Origin: Desulfomonilia bacterium | Lineage (GTDB): Bacteria; Desulfobacterota; Desulfomonilia; UBA1062 | Direction: 5' to 3' | NCBI GenBank assembly: GCA_963664325.2 | Contig: CAXXDQ010000007.1 | Coordinates: forward strand, 608,001-672,000 | DNA length: 64,000 nt | In this document: piece after piece, positions 51,029-59,936 of the stretch | Position numbering within the stretch: position 1 is the first letter of the stretch | How the letters are laid out: the number at the start of each line of letters is the position of its first letter | Notes under the pieces: generated by a model | Seen by the model: only the letters and a program-made list of their open reading frames with translations | The model's database searches: none | Told to the model about the DNA's origin: nothing | Made by a program: the position numbers and the translations under genes

Positions 51029-51624
51029 ATAATATCATTTATACAATCGGGCATTCGAATCATTCGACTGAACAATTCATCGGATTATTGAAGCGCCATG
51101 GAATAACCGCCGTTGCAGATGTCCGGTCGCATCCAGTAAGCCGCCATAATCCCCAGTTCAACCGTGAATCACTTGAAAAGGATTTGAAGCAAACAGGAAT
51201 AGCCTATGTATTTTTAGGCAAGGAACTCGGCGCAAGAAGTGAAAACAAAAATTGCTATGTTGATGGAAAGGTTCAATATGAGCTTCTTTCCCGTGAACCT
51301 CTTTTTAAAGAAGGGATTGAACGTATTCTCAAGGGAATAGAAAAATACCGTATTGCCCTGTTGTGTGCGGAAAAAGACCCTTTGAATTGCCACCGTACAT
51401 TTCTAGTCGGGAACAGCCTGCGTAGGCTTGGCGTTGAAATAACCCATATCCTTGCAAATGGTGAACTGGAAACTCAGCTTGAAGCTGAAAAAAGACTTTT
51501 AAAACAACTTAAAATGCACGAGGAAAATCTGATTGAAAGCCGGGATGATATTCTGATGAAGGCTTTTGCGATTCAGTCCGGAAGGATCGCCTATAAAGCT
51601 CATACACCAACCGCAGGAAGATAG
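51025..51624 (+). CDS. DUF488 family protein (long type)
   Basis: YTIGHSNH, DVRS.P.S, LG.ELG.R, LLCAEKDPLNCHR, HI. Confidence 0.88.
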   Translation: MNNIIYTIGHSNHSTEQFIGLLKRHGITAVADVRSHPVSRHNPQFNRESLEKDLKQTGIAYVFLGKELGARSENKNCYVDGKVQYELLSREPLFKEGIERILKGIEKYRIALLCAEKDPLNCHRTFLVGNSLRRLGVEITHILANGELETQLEAEKRLLKQLKMHEENLIESRDDILMKAFAIQSGRIAYKAHTPTAGR

Positions 51625-51636
51625 AAGGTATATATA

Positions 51637-52071
51637 ATGAAACTATTTACAATCGGATTTACTAAAAAGAACGCGAAAGAATTTTTTACGCTGCTTAAAC
51701 GCTCTGGTGTCAAACGCCTGATTGATATCCGACTTAATAATGTTTCGCAGCTTGCCGGATTCACGAAAAAGGATGACCTTAAATATTTTCTGAAAGAGAT
51801 TTGCAACATTGATTATATCCACATGCCCGAACTGGCGCCGACGCAGGAGATTCTTGATGCATTTAAAAAGAACGGCGGCGACTGGAACGATTACGAGAAG
51901 TCGTTCAAAGAACTGATGTCTAAAAGACAAATCGAAAACCTCGTAACACCCGAACTCATAGACAATGCCTGCTTGCTTTGCAGCGAAGCCACACCCGAGC
52001 ACTGTCACCGCCGTCTTGTTGCAGAATATCTTGCTAAGAAGTGGGATAATATTGAAATATTAAATTTGTAA
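51637..52071 (+). CDS. DUF488 family protein (short type)
   Basis: FTIGFTKK, DIRLNN.SQLAGF.K..DL.Y, LAPT, LLCSEATPEHCHRRLVAEYL. Confidence 0.88.
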   Translation: MKLFTIGFTKKNAKEFFTLLKRSGVKRLIDIRLNNVSQLAGFTKKDDLKYFLKEICNIDYIHMPELAPTQEILDAFKKNGGDWNDYEKSFKELMSKRQIENLVTPELIDNACLLCSEATPEHCHRRLVAEYLAKKWDNIEILNL

Positions 52072-52086
52072 TAAGGAAATAAACAA

Positions 52087-52659
52087 ATGGATGTAACTAA
52101 ATATCCTGATAGTATAGAAAAAATAAAATCTTTATATGATAAAATTAAAAGTTGTAATTTATCAGAAATTGATACTCAAGTCTTACTGATTGAACCTGTC
52201 TTGGTTCTTTGTGGTTGGGATATCTTTGATCCAAACTCTTTAAAACGTGCGAATAGGAGTGCCAAAAATCATCAATTTGATATTGAAATATATAATGATG
52301 AAAAAATGTTCATAGCTATTGAATGCAAATCCCTTTCAAGTAAAGAATTTAATATTGGAAAAATCAAATCAAGGAATGGGATTGGTAAACTAATAGAAAA
52401 ACCAAGGAAGTGGAAAAATAAAGATAAAGATGGAACTGGCCAACTAAGAGCTTACTGTTCCAATTATAGTCAATATGATGATTCTACTTTGGCCGTATTA
52501 ACAAATGGTTTCGATTGGGTTATATTCGATCATGATAAATTTACTCGAGAAGAAAACCTACTCAAGCCAATTGATAGTGATTGTATTGCTGCACATAATA
52601 ATTTGAATGATTCATGTTTCGAAACTCAAATAATTGCAAAGTTAAAGAAACCAAATTGA
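52087..52659 (+). CDS. PD-(D/E)xK nuclease-like protein (HsdR N-terminal-like)
   Basis: SE.DT...LIEP.L...GWD, FD, AIECK, QL..Y, VLTNG..W. Confidence 0.65.
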   Translation: MDVTKYPDSIEKIKSLYDKIKSCNLSEIDTQVLLIEPVLVLCGWDIFDPNSLKRANRSAKNHQFDIEIYNDEKMFIAIECKSLSSKEFNIGKIKSRNGIGKLIEKPRKWKNKDKDGTGQLRAYCSNYSQYDDSTLAVLTNGFDWVIFDHDKFTREENLLKPIDSDCIAAHNNLNDSCFETQIIAKLKKPN

Positions 52660-52663
52660 GTTT

Positions 52664-52697
52664 GTAGATTAGGCTGAGTCGAAGATAAAGCCCAACA
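52664..52697 (+). repeat. Degenerate GTAG-type REP-like palindrome
   Basis: gtagattaggctgagtcgaagataaagcccaaca: GTAG head plus imperfect ggct...agcc stem, resembling GTAGGTTGGGCTGAG...AAGCCCAACA REPs; single copy in window. Confidence 0.45.
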
Positions 52698-52729
52698 TGG
52701 GATTTATATATTGATAGGAGATCTAACTT

Positions 52730-53326
52730 ATGCTCGAAGAATCAAAGAAACTGGTGCTTGAGATTGCTAAGCTGGTGTGGGAGAGAAGACTCTCCGATAC
52801 GGCGGGCGGAAACATAAGTATACGCGAAGGTGATTTGGTATGCTGCACGCCCAGGCTTATGGGCTACAGGCTCCGCTGGCAGATAAAGGATGCAGACCTG
52901 TCCGTTGTCGACCTCGACGGAAACGTGCTCGAAGGGCCAAAGCAGATAACCCGCGAAGGCAGGCTCCATCTGGCGCTTTATAAAGAGTTTCCCGAGGCGC
53001 ATGCCGTCATACATGCGCACCCGTACTGGACCAACGTGTTTGTCGCAAAGGCAAAGCCCATCGTCCCAAGACTCGAAACCACTGAAAAGTTCGGCACCAT
53101 CGGATGCGCTAAGGAGGCACATGGCTATTCGGAAGAGCTGGTCGAAAGCGTGTTAGGCCATTTCAGGGAAAAGAAGGCTCAATGGGAGAAAAGCCCTCTT
53201 ATGGCCATCATGCCGCGCCATGGCATTATTGCGGTAGGCAGGGATATGAATGCTTGCTTCGACATCGTCGACAGGATAGAAACCGAATGCCGCTGCCAGA
53301 TTCTGGGAAAGCTGCTTGATCTATGA
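52730..53326 (+). CDS. Class II aldolase/adducin family protein
   Basis: GGNISIR, TP, E..LH..LY, AVIHAH, HG. Confidence 0.88.
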   Translation: MLEESKKLVLEIAKLVWERRLSDTAGGNISIREGDLVCCTPRLMGYRLRWQIKDADLSVVDLDGNVLEGPKQITREGRLHLALYKEFPEAHAVIHAHPYWTNVFVAKAKPIVPRLETTEKFGTIGCAKEAHGYSEELVESVLGHFREKKAQWEKSPLMAIMPRHGIIAVGRDMNACFDIVDRIETECRCQILGKLLDL

Positions 53327-54246
53327 TACTTGCCGTAACGCTGAATCCTGCAATCGATTTCACGGTCTTTGGGAGTAACTTCAAGACCGGAACCACAAAC
53401 CGCGGACAGGATGTCTTCCCCGATGCAGGAGGCAAGGGAAACAATGCAGCCAGGATTGCAAAGCTTCTCGGAACAGGTGTCATGGTTACGGGTTTTCTGG
53501 GCGGCTTTACGGGCGACTTTATCACCTCGGAATTGGAGCGTGAAGGAATCCGGACGGCATTTTATCGTATAAACGAACTGACCCGCATCACGCTTGCCTA
53601 TGTTGACAGCATTACCAGCAGCGAAACAAAGGTGGTGCCGTTCGGGCCAAAGATTTCAGCACAACAGGCCGATGCCTTCTGCAGGCACTTTGAAGAGCTT
53701 CTGATTGAAAATGATTTTTCAATAGTTGCATTATGCGGATCGCTCGCAAACGGCCTGGATGACGACTACTATTCAAGGCTGATTGTTATTGCAGGAAACC
53801 ATGACGTCCCTGTTGTGCTTGATACGAGCGGTCAGGCATTGAAAAAGGGAATTGATTCCTCGCCGTTCATGATAAAACCAAACATGGAAGAAGCATCCGA
53901 ACTCGCGGGATTAAGCTCAATAAGTGAAATCACAGCCTTCATGCAAGAGCTTGCATCTAAGGTAGGAACAGTGGCACTTACGTTGGGTAAAGAAGGTGCA
54001 GCCTTTATCACAACTGAGCATGTTACGAAAGTGAGCGTATCAGGGATTAAGTCCATCAATCCGGTGGGCGCGGGAGATGCATTTATCGGAGGCTTCCTGG
54101 CAGCATATGATAAATTCGGCGCGGATCGTGAAAAGCTTTATTCCTGGGCCGCATCTGCTTCGGCATGCACGGCACAGTCAGAGGGCCTTCTCTGGCCTCC
54201 GGAGATGTTTACCGAAACACTTGAAAAGGTCTGTATCAAAATTTGA
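53323..54246 (+). CDS. PfkB-family hexose kinase (FruK/LacC type)
   Basis: VTLNPAID, AGGKG.N, GFLGG..G, DTSG, IKPN.EE, NPVGAGDAF. Confidence 0.9.
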   Translation: MILAVTLNPAIDFTVFGSNFKTGTTNRGQDVFPDAGGKGNNAARIAKLLGTGVMVTGFLGGFTGDFITSELEREGIRTAFYRINELTRITLAYVDSITSSETKVVPFGPKISAQQADAFCRHFEELLIENDFSIVALCGSLANGLDDDYYSRLIVIAGNHDVPVVLDTSGQALKKGIDSSPFMIKPNMEEASELAGLSSISEITAFMQELASKVGTVALTLGKEGAAFITTEHVTKVSVSGIKSINPVGAGDAFIGGFLAAYDKFGADREKLYSWAASASACTAQSEGLLWPPEMFTETLEKVCIKI

Positions 54247-54337
54247 ATGCATCATCTGCATTAGCATGCAGATCAAGCACCCTCACCGGGATAATAACCG
54301 ATTACATACCCATTACTGATCTGAAAGCTTAATGGAA

Positions 54338-55468
54338 TTACTTGAATCCGTCGCAGGTAACCAATGCCTTTTCAGCGACTTCGTCCATATTGTAATATCG
54401 GTACTCAGCAAGCCGGCCCAGGAAAACTACGTTGGACAGCGAATCGATCTCTTCCTTATACCTGTTTAAAATGGCAAGACTCTGCGGGTTATGAACTGCA
54501 TAACTCGGGACATTCCTGCCGGGCTCGTAGTCTTCCGGAAATTCCCTGAGAATGGTGGTCTTTTTATGCTCCTGGCCGGAAAAATGCTTGAATTCGGTTA
54601 TGCGCGTATAGGCATGATCATTCGGGTAGTTCACCACGGCAACCGACTGGAAACGTTTAATATCCAGGGTTTCGAAATCAAAGCGCAGGGAGCGGTAGGG
54701 GAGTTTGCCGTGCTTGTAATCAAAGTAATAATCAATGGGCCCGGTGTAAATAAGCCGATCGTATTTAAAACTCTTTATTATCTCCTTGTAATCGGTATTA
54801 AGGAGAACATGGATATTCCTGCGGTCCAGCATTCTCTCGAACATGCGGGTATATCCATGTTTGGGAATGCCCTGGAAAGGGTCCTGAAAATACCTGTCAT
54901 CCCTGCTGATCAGCACAGGGACCCGTGCCGTTACCGAAGGGTCGATCTCATCCGGCTTTATGCCCCACTGCTTGATAGTGTAATGCAGGAAGACTTTCTC
55001 ATAGACAAAGTCGGCAAGGAACTTTATGTCCCTGTCGTCCTGCTCTTTCATTTTCAGGATCGGTACGCGCGCCCCGTACCCGTAAGTAGCGATTATCTTA
55101 TCCACAAGACGGGAGGCCAGGGCCGACGGTAGCAGCGCCTCAATCGTGTTCAGATTGAAGGGGAGCGGAGCATCTATTCCATCGATGTGGGCCTGTACAT
55201 GGTGATCGTACTGGCGCCATGCCGTATACTTAGATAGATAGTCCCAGACCCGCGCGCTCTTTGTATGGAGAATATGCGGGCCATAGAGATGTATCAGGAT
55301 GTCGTGGTCGTCATAGCAGTCATAGGAATTTCCTCCTATATGGGGCCTTTGCTCGATCAGTAAAATATTTTCCCCTCGTTCCGATAGACGATTGGCGGCC
55401 ACGATTCCGGCAAAACCAGCACCGACAATAATAGTAGTAAATCTTTTCACATTCATCTCCTCTATCAT
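54338..55468 (-). CDS. glf: UDP-galactopyranose mutase (start may be GTG 55450)
   Basis: VGAGFAG, HIGGN.YD, YGPHILHT, YT.KQWG, RYF.D.FQG.P..GYT, YRSL, YTRITEFKH, GRLAEYRYYNMD. Confidence 0.95.
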   Translation of the reverse strand: MIEEMNVKRFTTIIVGAGFAGIVAANRLSERGENILLIEQRPHIGGNSYDCYDDHDILIHLYGPHILHTKSARVWDYLSKYTAWRQYDHHVQAHIDGIDAPLPFNLNTIEALLPSALASRLVDKIIATYGYGARVPILKMKEQDDRDIKFLADFVYEKVFLHYTIKQWGIKPDEIDPSVTARVPVLISRDDRYFQDPFQGIPKHGYTRMFERMLDRRNIHVLLNTDYKEIIKSFKYDRLIYTGPIDYYFDYKHGKLPYRSLRFDFETLDIKRFQSVAVVNYPNDHAYTRITEFKHFSGQEHKKTTILREFPEDYEPGRNVPSYAVHNPQSLAILNRYKEEIDSLSNVVFLGRLAEYRYYNMDEVAEKALVTCDGFK

Positions 55469-55719
55469 CTTTAAGTATCAGATAGGTGAAGATTTAGCAA
55501 TACTTACGCCAGTATGGAGAAAGACCCTCTCTTTAACCTCAGAACGCAATGTTAAAGATAGTGTATGAAAAAATGAATAATTTTTTTGTAAAAACCGTTT
55601 CCCTTAGAATCATTTCCCTGTGGTCATCAGGGCGGGGCTATGGTATGTAAAATCCTCGCATATCAGATGGTTGGAGATATTGGACGATATGCAAACCTAA
55701 AATGCATCGAGAGGTTGAT

Positions 55720-57075
55720 ATGGAGAAAAAGTACAGAATACTGTTTGCAACTCCTGGTTTCTACGGACATGTTGCGGTGGCCCTGCCTATCGCAAAGCAC
55801 CTTCTGGCGGATGGACACACGATCGGCTGGGCCAGCGGCAGCAATATCAAGGGGCTTCTGGCGAGAAACGGGGTCACCGAGTTCTTTCCCCGCGATGTCT
55901 ACAACGCCGGGATGGAGAAACTCATCGAGGCAAAAGGAATCCATGATTATATGCAAAAGGTTCCGAGGGTCTTCAATCCGCAAACTATCGAAACCTGTCT
56001 GAAGGAGCTCCTCGATGCTTTCGAAACCTTCAAGCCTGACGCAGTGTATATTGATTCAATGGACCTCCTGGCCATGATGGTCTCTGATAATCTCAAGGTG
56101 CCCTATGCACAGGGAAGCGGAACAGCCATCTTCTACTTCGAAAAGGATGTGCCGCCCATAGGAACCGGCTGGGACATCAACCATGTGTTTCGCAACCGGG
56201 CGAGGCTTGTCCCGTATCTCCTCAGGACCGTGCCTTATATGCTCTGGTCTTATTTAAATAACAAGAAGGCACTCAAGTCTTTCAATCCGTCCTGGAGCAT
56301 TGAAAACGTCATCCGGGGCGTCTCCCCCTATCTGTTCATGCTGTTTTCGACAGACAAAGTCGAGTATCCGCGCAAGATGTTCATACCCCAGGTCTTTTAC
56401 GTCGGACCTTCGATGCTTGTGCCCAATGAGAGTGATATGCCTGATTTCCCCTGGGAGCGCCTGGACCCTTCTAGGCCCCTCGTCTATTGTGCGACCGGGA
56501 CCCTGTTCTTCAACTGGTATAAGGAGTTTTACAAGAATGTTCTCAAGGCCCTTTCAGATGAGAATTTCCCGATTCCCGTACAGGTTGTAATGGCAATAGG
56601 TGCTGGACAGCCGATCGAGGAACTGGGGAAGATTCCATCAAATGCAATAGTGGTGCAGTACTCCCCGCAGATAAAACTTCTGGAGCGGACAAGTGTGCTC
56701 ATCACTCATGCTGGTATAAGTACCGTTAACGAGGCGCTCATGCAGGGCATTCCAATGCTTTCCGTGCCGCTCGGTCGTGACAGAATGGAGATGGCCCAGA
56801 AATCTGCATATAACGGTTTCGGTATCAGACTGGACCTTCACAAGGCAACGCCGCGAAGAATAAAGAAAGCAATGATCGAACTGTTGAAAAACCCAAAATA
56901 TCAAAGGGCGGCGGAGGGCGTTATGCATTCGTATCAGAGCTGCGACGCCCCGCGAACTGGTGCAGATCTCATTCTTCATATGGCAAAGACGGGAAAACCG
57001 ATCAGGCGCAAATCAGGAACTCCAATCACGCTGAGGTCCATAAAAGACCTGCCTGCCTACCTCGAAGATGAATAA
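55720..57075 (+). CDS. GT1-family (MGT/UDP-glycosyltransferase) glycosyltransferase
   Basis: GHV catalytic His motif, YVGP, PLVY.A.GT, PSPG-like YSPQ..LL....VLITHAGISTVNEAL..G.P. Confidence 0.88.
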   Translation: MEKKYRILFATPGFYGHVAVALPIAKHLLADGHTIGWASGSNIKGLLARNGVTEFFPRDVYNAGMEKLIEAKGIHDYMQKVPRVFNPQTIETCLKELLDAFETFKPDAVYIDSMDLLAMMVSDNLKVPYAQGSGTAIFYFEKDVPPIGTGWDINHVFRNRARLVPYLLRTVPYMLWSYLNNKKALKSFNPSWSIENVIRGVSPYLFMLFSTDKVEYPRKMFIPQVFYVGPSMLVPNESDMPDFPWERLDPSRPLVYCATGTLFFNWYKEFYKNVLKALSDENFPIPVQVVMAIGAGQPIEELGKIPSNAIVVQYSPQIKLLERTSVLITHAGISTVNEALMQGIPMLSVPLGRDRMEMAQKSAYNGFGIRLDLHKATPRRIKKAMIELLKNPKYQRAAEGVMHSYQSCDAPRTGADLILHMAKTGKPIRRKSGTPITLRSIKDLPAYLEDE

Positions 57076-57078
57076 CAG

Positions 57079-57113
57079 AAAGGCGGCCCCGCTAGCGTGG
57101 GGCAGCCTTTTTT
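57079..57113 (+). terminator. Intrinsic terminator
   Basis: aaaggc.gcccc...ggggc.gccttttt GC-rich hairpin with T tail right after the GT1 stop, between convergent genes. Confidence 0.75.
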
Positions 57114-57122
57114 ATGCTGAAC

Positions 57123-58481
57123 TTATCCTGATGGATTAGAATCCATTTCCTCGGACTTCATGACATCTTCCGCCCAATCGATCTTCTCCTGAAGTATATC
57201 AATGAAACTTTCGAATCCGGGACGGTTATCTGTGTCGGTCATGAGTGTGATTTCAACACCATGTTCGTGGGAGATCATAAGCGGGAAAAGAGGATATCCG
57301 ATTTGAATGATACCGAACGGCCATGCCCTCACTGCCTGATAGGTAGGTGCTGAGAAGTCAGCCAGGGTGTAACGCCCCACACTGGTAAAAGGGAAGAAGA
57401 ATGGAAATACTTTCTTCTTGAAGACAATTTTTCGTATGATATGAATTCCCAGCCTGAAAAGCCAGACCGGGATACGGTTTATATATGCCGGGTGTTTTCT
57501 GTAGGCCTGTCCTTTTACAATGCTTTCCCTGACGTCCTTCTGAATTGCCTGTATCCTTTCCGGAAGGGGAAGGTTCTCATATTGACTTGGTTCAATCATT
57601 ATCAGGCCTGTCAGATTTGCGGTCTTTCTTAGTTCGGGCATGAGAAGAGCGCGCAGGTCGACCGCCATGCTTGAAATAATTTTTTTACTTCGGAGGCCGG
57701 GGTTCAATTCATAAAAAGCTTCCAGTATGGCATAAAGAACCTTCCCGTTGAGGGATCTCTGGCTTATCCGGTCCCATGGAATCAGAAGGCGATGCCATTG
57801 TATACAGTCAAAATGAGAGGGTTGGCCTATAAGATGATTTCCAACATTGAGTCCAGGGAAAAGAATCGAGGTATCTTCCTTCCGGATGCGCTCAGCGGAA
57901 GGTTGAACGGATACCTCGGAGGAACGTTTTTCGAAATAGTCTTTAGGTAATTTCAAGTCATACAGATCCTCGCGCGATTCAGGACCATCAGTAGGTCCCA
58001 CCGGCATCTCTCCTCTCAGGATGCGGAAAAGCTCAAGTGCTATTAGAAACACGGACAGCCCGTCCATGGCGACATGGTGCATCTTTATGTACAGCCGGTT
58101 TGTTTTTCCGTCATTGAGAGAATACACTGCCATTGGGATTTCTCTGCGAAGATTCATCTTGCGTCGCAGGATTTTTTTCTCAATTTCCTGCGGCCAGTTC
58201 CCGAGAGGTTCTTTAATTTGATCCGGACCGATCCTGATAAAAGGTATTGAAGTATCGGTCTCTTCCCATCGCAGGGAGGAGAGATATCCCTTGAGCTTTG
58301 ACCGGCAGACAGGATACAGACTTGCGAGAATACTCAATGCATTGTTCATCTGGCCATCAGATATGTCTCCAATTCCATCAATGCCCAGGGCAACAGACAT
58401 AGTCATGCCTTCCTGTTCAAAAGCAAGCCACAGGCGTTCACCTGGCCCTATATTACGGATGTACCTTCCCGAACCCTTCAT
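57123..58481 (-). CDS. Stand-alone condensation-domain / CoA-dependent acyltransferase
   Basis: HHVAMDG (HHxxxDG), YP..R, VDLR, N.TG, TSVG. Confidence 0.8.
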   Translation of the reverse strand: MKGSGRYIRNIGPGERLWLAFEQEGMTMSVALGIDGIGDISDGQMNNALSILASLYPVCRSKLKGYLSSLRWEETDTSIPFIRIGPDQIKEPLGNWPQEIEKKILRRKMNLRREIPMAVYSLNDGKTNRLYIKMHHVAMDGLSVFLIALELFRILRGEMPVGPTDGPESREDLYDLKLPKDYFEKRSSEVSVQPSAERIRKEDTSILFPGLNVGNHLIGQPSHFDCIQWHRLLIPWDRISQRSLNGKVLYAILEAFYELNPGLRSKKIISSMAVDLRALLMPELRKTANLTGLIMIEPSQYENLPLPERIQAIQKDVRESIVKGQAYRKHPAYINRIPVWLFRLGIHIIRKIVFKKKVFPFFFPFTSVGRYTLADFSAPTYQAVRAWPFGIIQIGYPLFPLMISHEHGVEITLMTDTDNRPGFESFIDILQEKIDWAEDVMKSEEMDSNPSG

Positions 58482-58547
58482 AGTGTTAAGTTCTCCATAA
58501 AGTGGCCGTTACCGTATCACTCAGCCTTCGTGTATATCTTTTCTCAG

Positions 58548-59936
58548 TCATTTCTCCCCCACATTTATTTTATCCAATATCCCGCCGAGACTTTCTTCGA
58601 ACCGGATCATGAGAGACTGTACCTCATCACGTGTGAATTCCGCTTCCTGGTAGGTGTATGAAACAAAGACCTTGTTCTCAAGGGTATTTATGGAAACAAA
58701 AAGCCCGTGTGACGGTCCAGAGCCCAGGAATTCACATATCTGGGCCTTGGTTCCATATGAATTCAGGCTGTCCACACTTCCGAGGTTGGCAAGGGCACCT
58801 GTCTTTGAAAGTATTCCGACCTGCTTCGCCATACGTATTACCCTGGCATAATTCTTTTTACCGATCAGGGTTGACATCTTTGCTGACAGGCCTGAAACCA
58901 TATTCTGCTTATTTTCTATTCTTCCGAGTTTATGTGTCATCTGAGATTGAACTTCATTTAACATTGCCAGAGGGTCTTCCCATATTGCACGCGGCAGTTT
59001 GATCATGAATCCCGTAATAAAATTACCTATGATGGGTTTTTTACCAGGAAAGAACGGCCTTAAATTTACAGAGACGATTATTCCGGCTATGTCTCCAGGA
59101 GCGTTCCTGTTACGAGTTAATGATATGGTTAATGCAGTGAGGATAACGGTTGTAATGCTGACACCAAGTTCTTTGGCCCTGGCTCTGATGAGAGAAAGGT
59201 CCTGTCTGAGCACATCAGCATGAATATCCACCGGTCCGAAGAAATTGACCGGTTTATCGGTAGCAGGGATAAACCGTCCCTTTGGAGCCAGTTTGCTGTC
59301 CTGCATCAGAATCTGAAACGACCTGTAAAATTGTGAAGGGACCTTGTACCAGGGATAATTCATAAGTGCAGGCACAAGACTCGGATTATCGACGGGTATT
59401 GGTTCGGGCTTTTTCCCGTTCAGATACGCCATAAGTGATCCTGTCATATGGACGCAGGCTGATCCGTCACCTACAACATGGTGAACAGAAAGCATTAACA
59501 CCGGAGTCGGATCATCAGGAAAATAACAGACTTTTAAAGGTATTGTCTGAAGCAGAGAGAATGGCTCATTATAGAAATTGCGGCGTGCAGAAAGGAACTC
59601 TTGTGAGTTATATCTCACCTGGGGGATAACGCGGAAGGCATTATTGAAGAAAAGATCAATCCTTTCGTCATGATCGTCAAGTATCCTTAACTGATATGAA
59701 AACAAGGTAGGTTCAAGCAGCGACCTGAGCCTTGGATAAAGCGTTATCAGATTACGCATGGCCTCACGGATATCCTCAACAGGATGCTTTTCCTTGAAGC
59801 GTAATATAAGAAGATTTCCCTGTGCGAGATTAACATCCTCCATGGTCATGTAGATAAAATCCGCATAATTAAGGCTGATTCTTCTCGGCTCTTCTTTTTT
59901 CCCCTGAGATGATTGAAAAGGATTGTATAATTTCAT
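58548..59936 (-). CDS. Stand-alone condensation-domain / CoA-dependent acyltransferase
   Basis: HHVVGDG, YPRLR, VNLRPFF, GNF, ANLG. Confidence 0.82.
   Translation of the reverse strand: MKLYNPFQSSQGKKEEPRRISLNYADFIYMTMEDVNLAQGNLLILRFKEKHPVEDIREAMRNLITLYPRLRSLLEPTLFSYQLRILDDHDERIDLFFNNAFRVIPQVRYNSQEFLSARRNFYNEPFSLLQTIPLKVCYFPDDPTPVLMLSVHHVVGDGSACVHMTGSLMAYLNGKKPEPIPVDNPSLVPALMNYPWYKVPSQFYRSFQILMQDSKLAPKGRFIPATDKPVNFFGPVDIHADVLRQDLSLIRARAKELGVSITTVILTALTISLTRNRNAPGDIAGIIVSVNLRPFFPGKKPIIGNFITGFMIKLPRAIWEDPLAMLNEVQSQMTHKLGRIENKQNMVSGLSAKMSTLIGKKNYARVIRMAKQVGILSKTGALANLGSVDSLNSYGTKAQICEFLGSGPSHGLFVSINTLENKVFVSYTYQEAEFTRDEVQSLMIRFEESLGGILDKINVGEK

Noticed and set aside
50063-54336. Near-direct repeat aagctt(t)aatgga at 50063-50075 and 54325-54336 as islet boundaries
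   Set aside because: Short, imperfect and AT-rich; the right copy lies beyond the aldolase/kinase genes, which match the host-like sugar operon.
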